Positions 25,163 through 25,327 of a DNA stretch of 25,327 nt are shown here, piece after piece (the first letter of the stretch is position 1; each line of letters begins with the position of its first letter). A program made the translations under genes and the position numbers. The notes under the pieces were generated by a model, which saw only the letters and a program-made list of their open reading frames with translations, did no database searches and was not told the origin of the DNA. Source of the DNA: a virus (Duplodnaviria; Caudoviricetes); IMG/VR virus record IMGVR_UViG_3300031963_000864, positions 1 through 25,327 of that record; one strand, written 5' to 3'.

Positions 25163-25327
25163 TGAATAGTAAATATGTAGGCTTACATGTACACACTCAT
25201 TATTCATTATTTGATGGTGTTGCTACTCCAGAAGAATATATAGACCGAGCAGTTGAACTTGGTATGCCAGCATTGGCTATCACAGATCACGGAACCTTAT
25301 CTGGGCATCGGGAACTGTACCGAATTG
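25159..25327 (+). CDS. dnaE: DNA polymerase III alpha subunit (PHP domain), N-terminal fragment (3' truncated by window edge)
   Basis: Not in the ORF track. From ATG 25159 (ATGA overlap) it reads MMNSKYVGLHVHTHYSLFDGVATPEEYIDRAVELGMPALAITDHGTLSGHRELYRI, with the hallmark LHxHTxYSxxDG and AITDHG motifs. Confidence 0.9.
   Translation, partial: MMNSKYVGLHVHTHYSLFDGVATPEEYIDRAVELGMPALAITDHGTLSGHRELYRI

Noticed and set aside
1-25327. Stop-codon reassignment, CRISPR array, tRNA, integrase/transposase, diversity-generating retroelement, lysis genes
   Set aside because: The standard code gives near-complete coding density, with TAA, TGA and TAG all used as stops. By eye I found no repeat-spacer array, cloverleaf, recombinase, reverse transcriptase or lysin motifs; dedicated scans were not run.

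Overview
AT-rich window from a tailed dsDNA phage with siphovirus-type architecture; every credible gene is on the + strand. It runs from the 3' end of the major capsid gene through the neck genes, major tail protein, tail assembly chaperones, a 2116-aa tape measure protein carrying a LysM domain, and the tail-tip genes (to about 19.6 kb). A replication module follows: Zn-ribbon protein, HTH protein, DnaB-like helicase, DnaG-like primase, gp32-like SSB and the start of a DnaE polymerase. The layout recalls large actinobacterial siphoviruses and their uncultured freshwater relatives; that host link is inference only. The standout feature is the tail assembly chaperone locus. Instead of the canonical G/GT pair made by a -1 frameshift, it has two paralogous genes: an in-frame GT-like fusion (4095..4790) followed by a stand-alone G (4848..5177), each with its own promoter-like motif and very different translation signals. 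Other points: two apparent promoter classes (-35-less motifs before structural genes, full TTGACA/-10 promoters hidden inside coding sequence before replication genes) and two paralogous dUTPase-fold-like genes slotted into the replication operon. All calls come from reading motifs and synteny by eye; no database searches were run.
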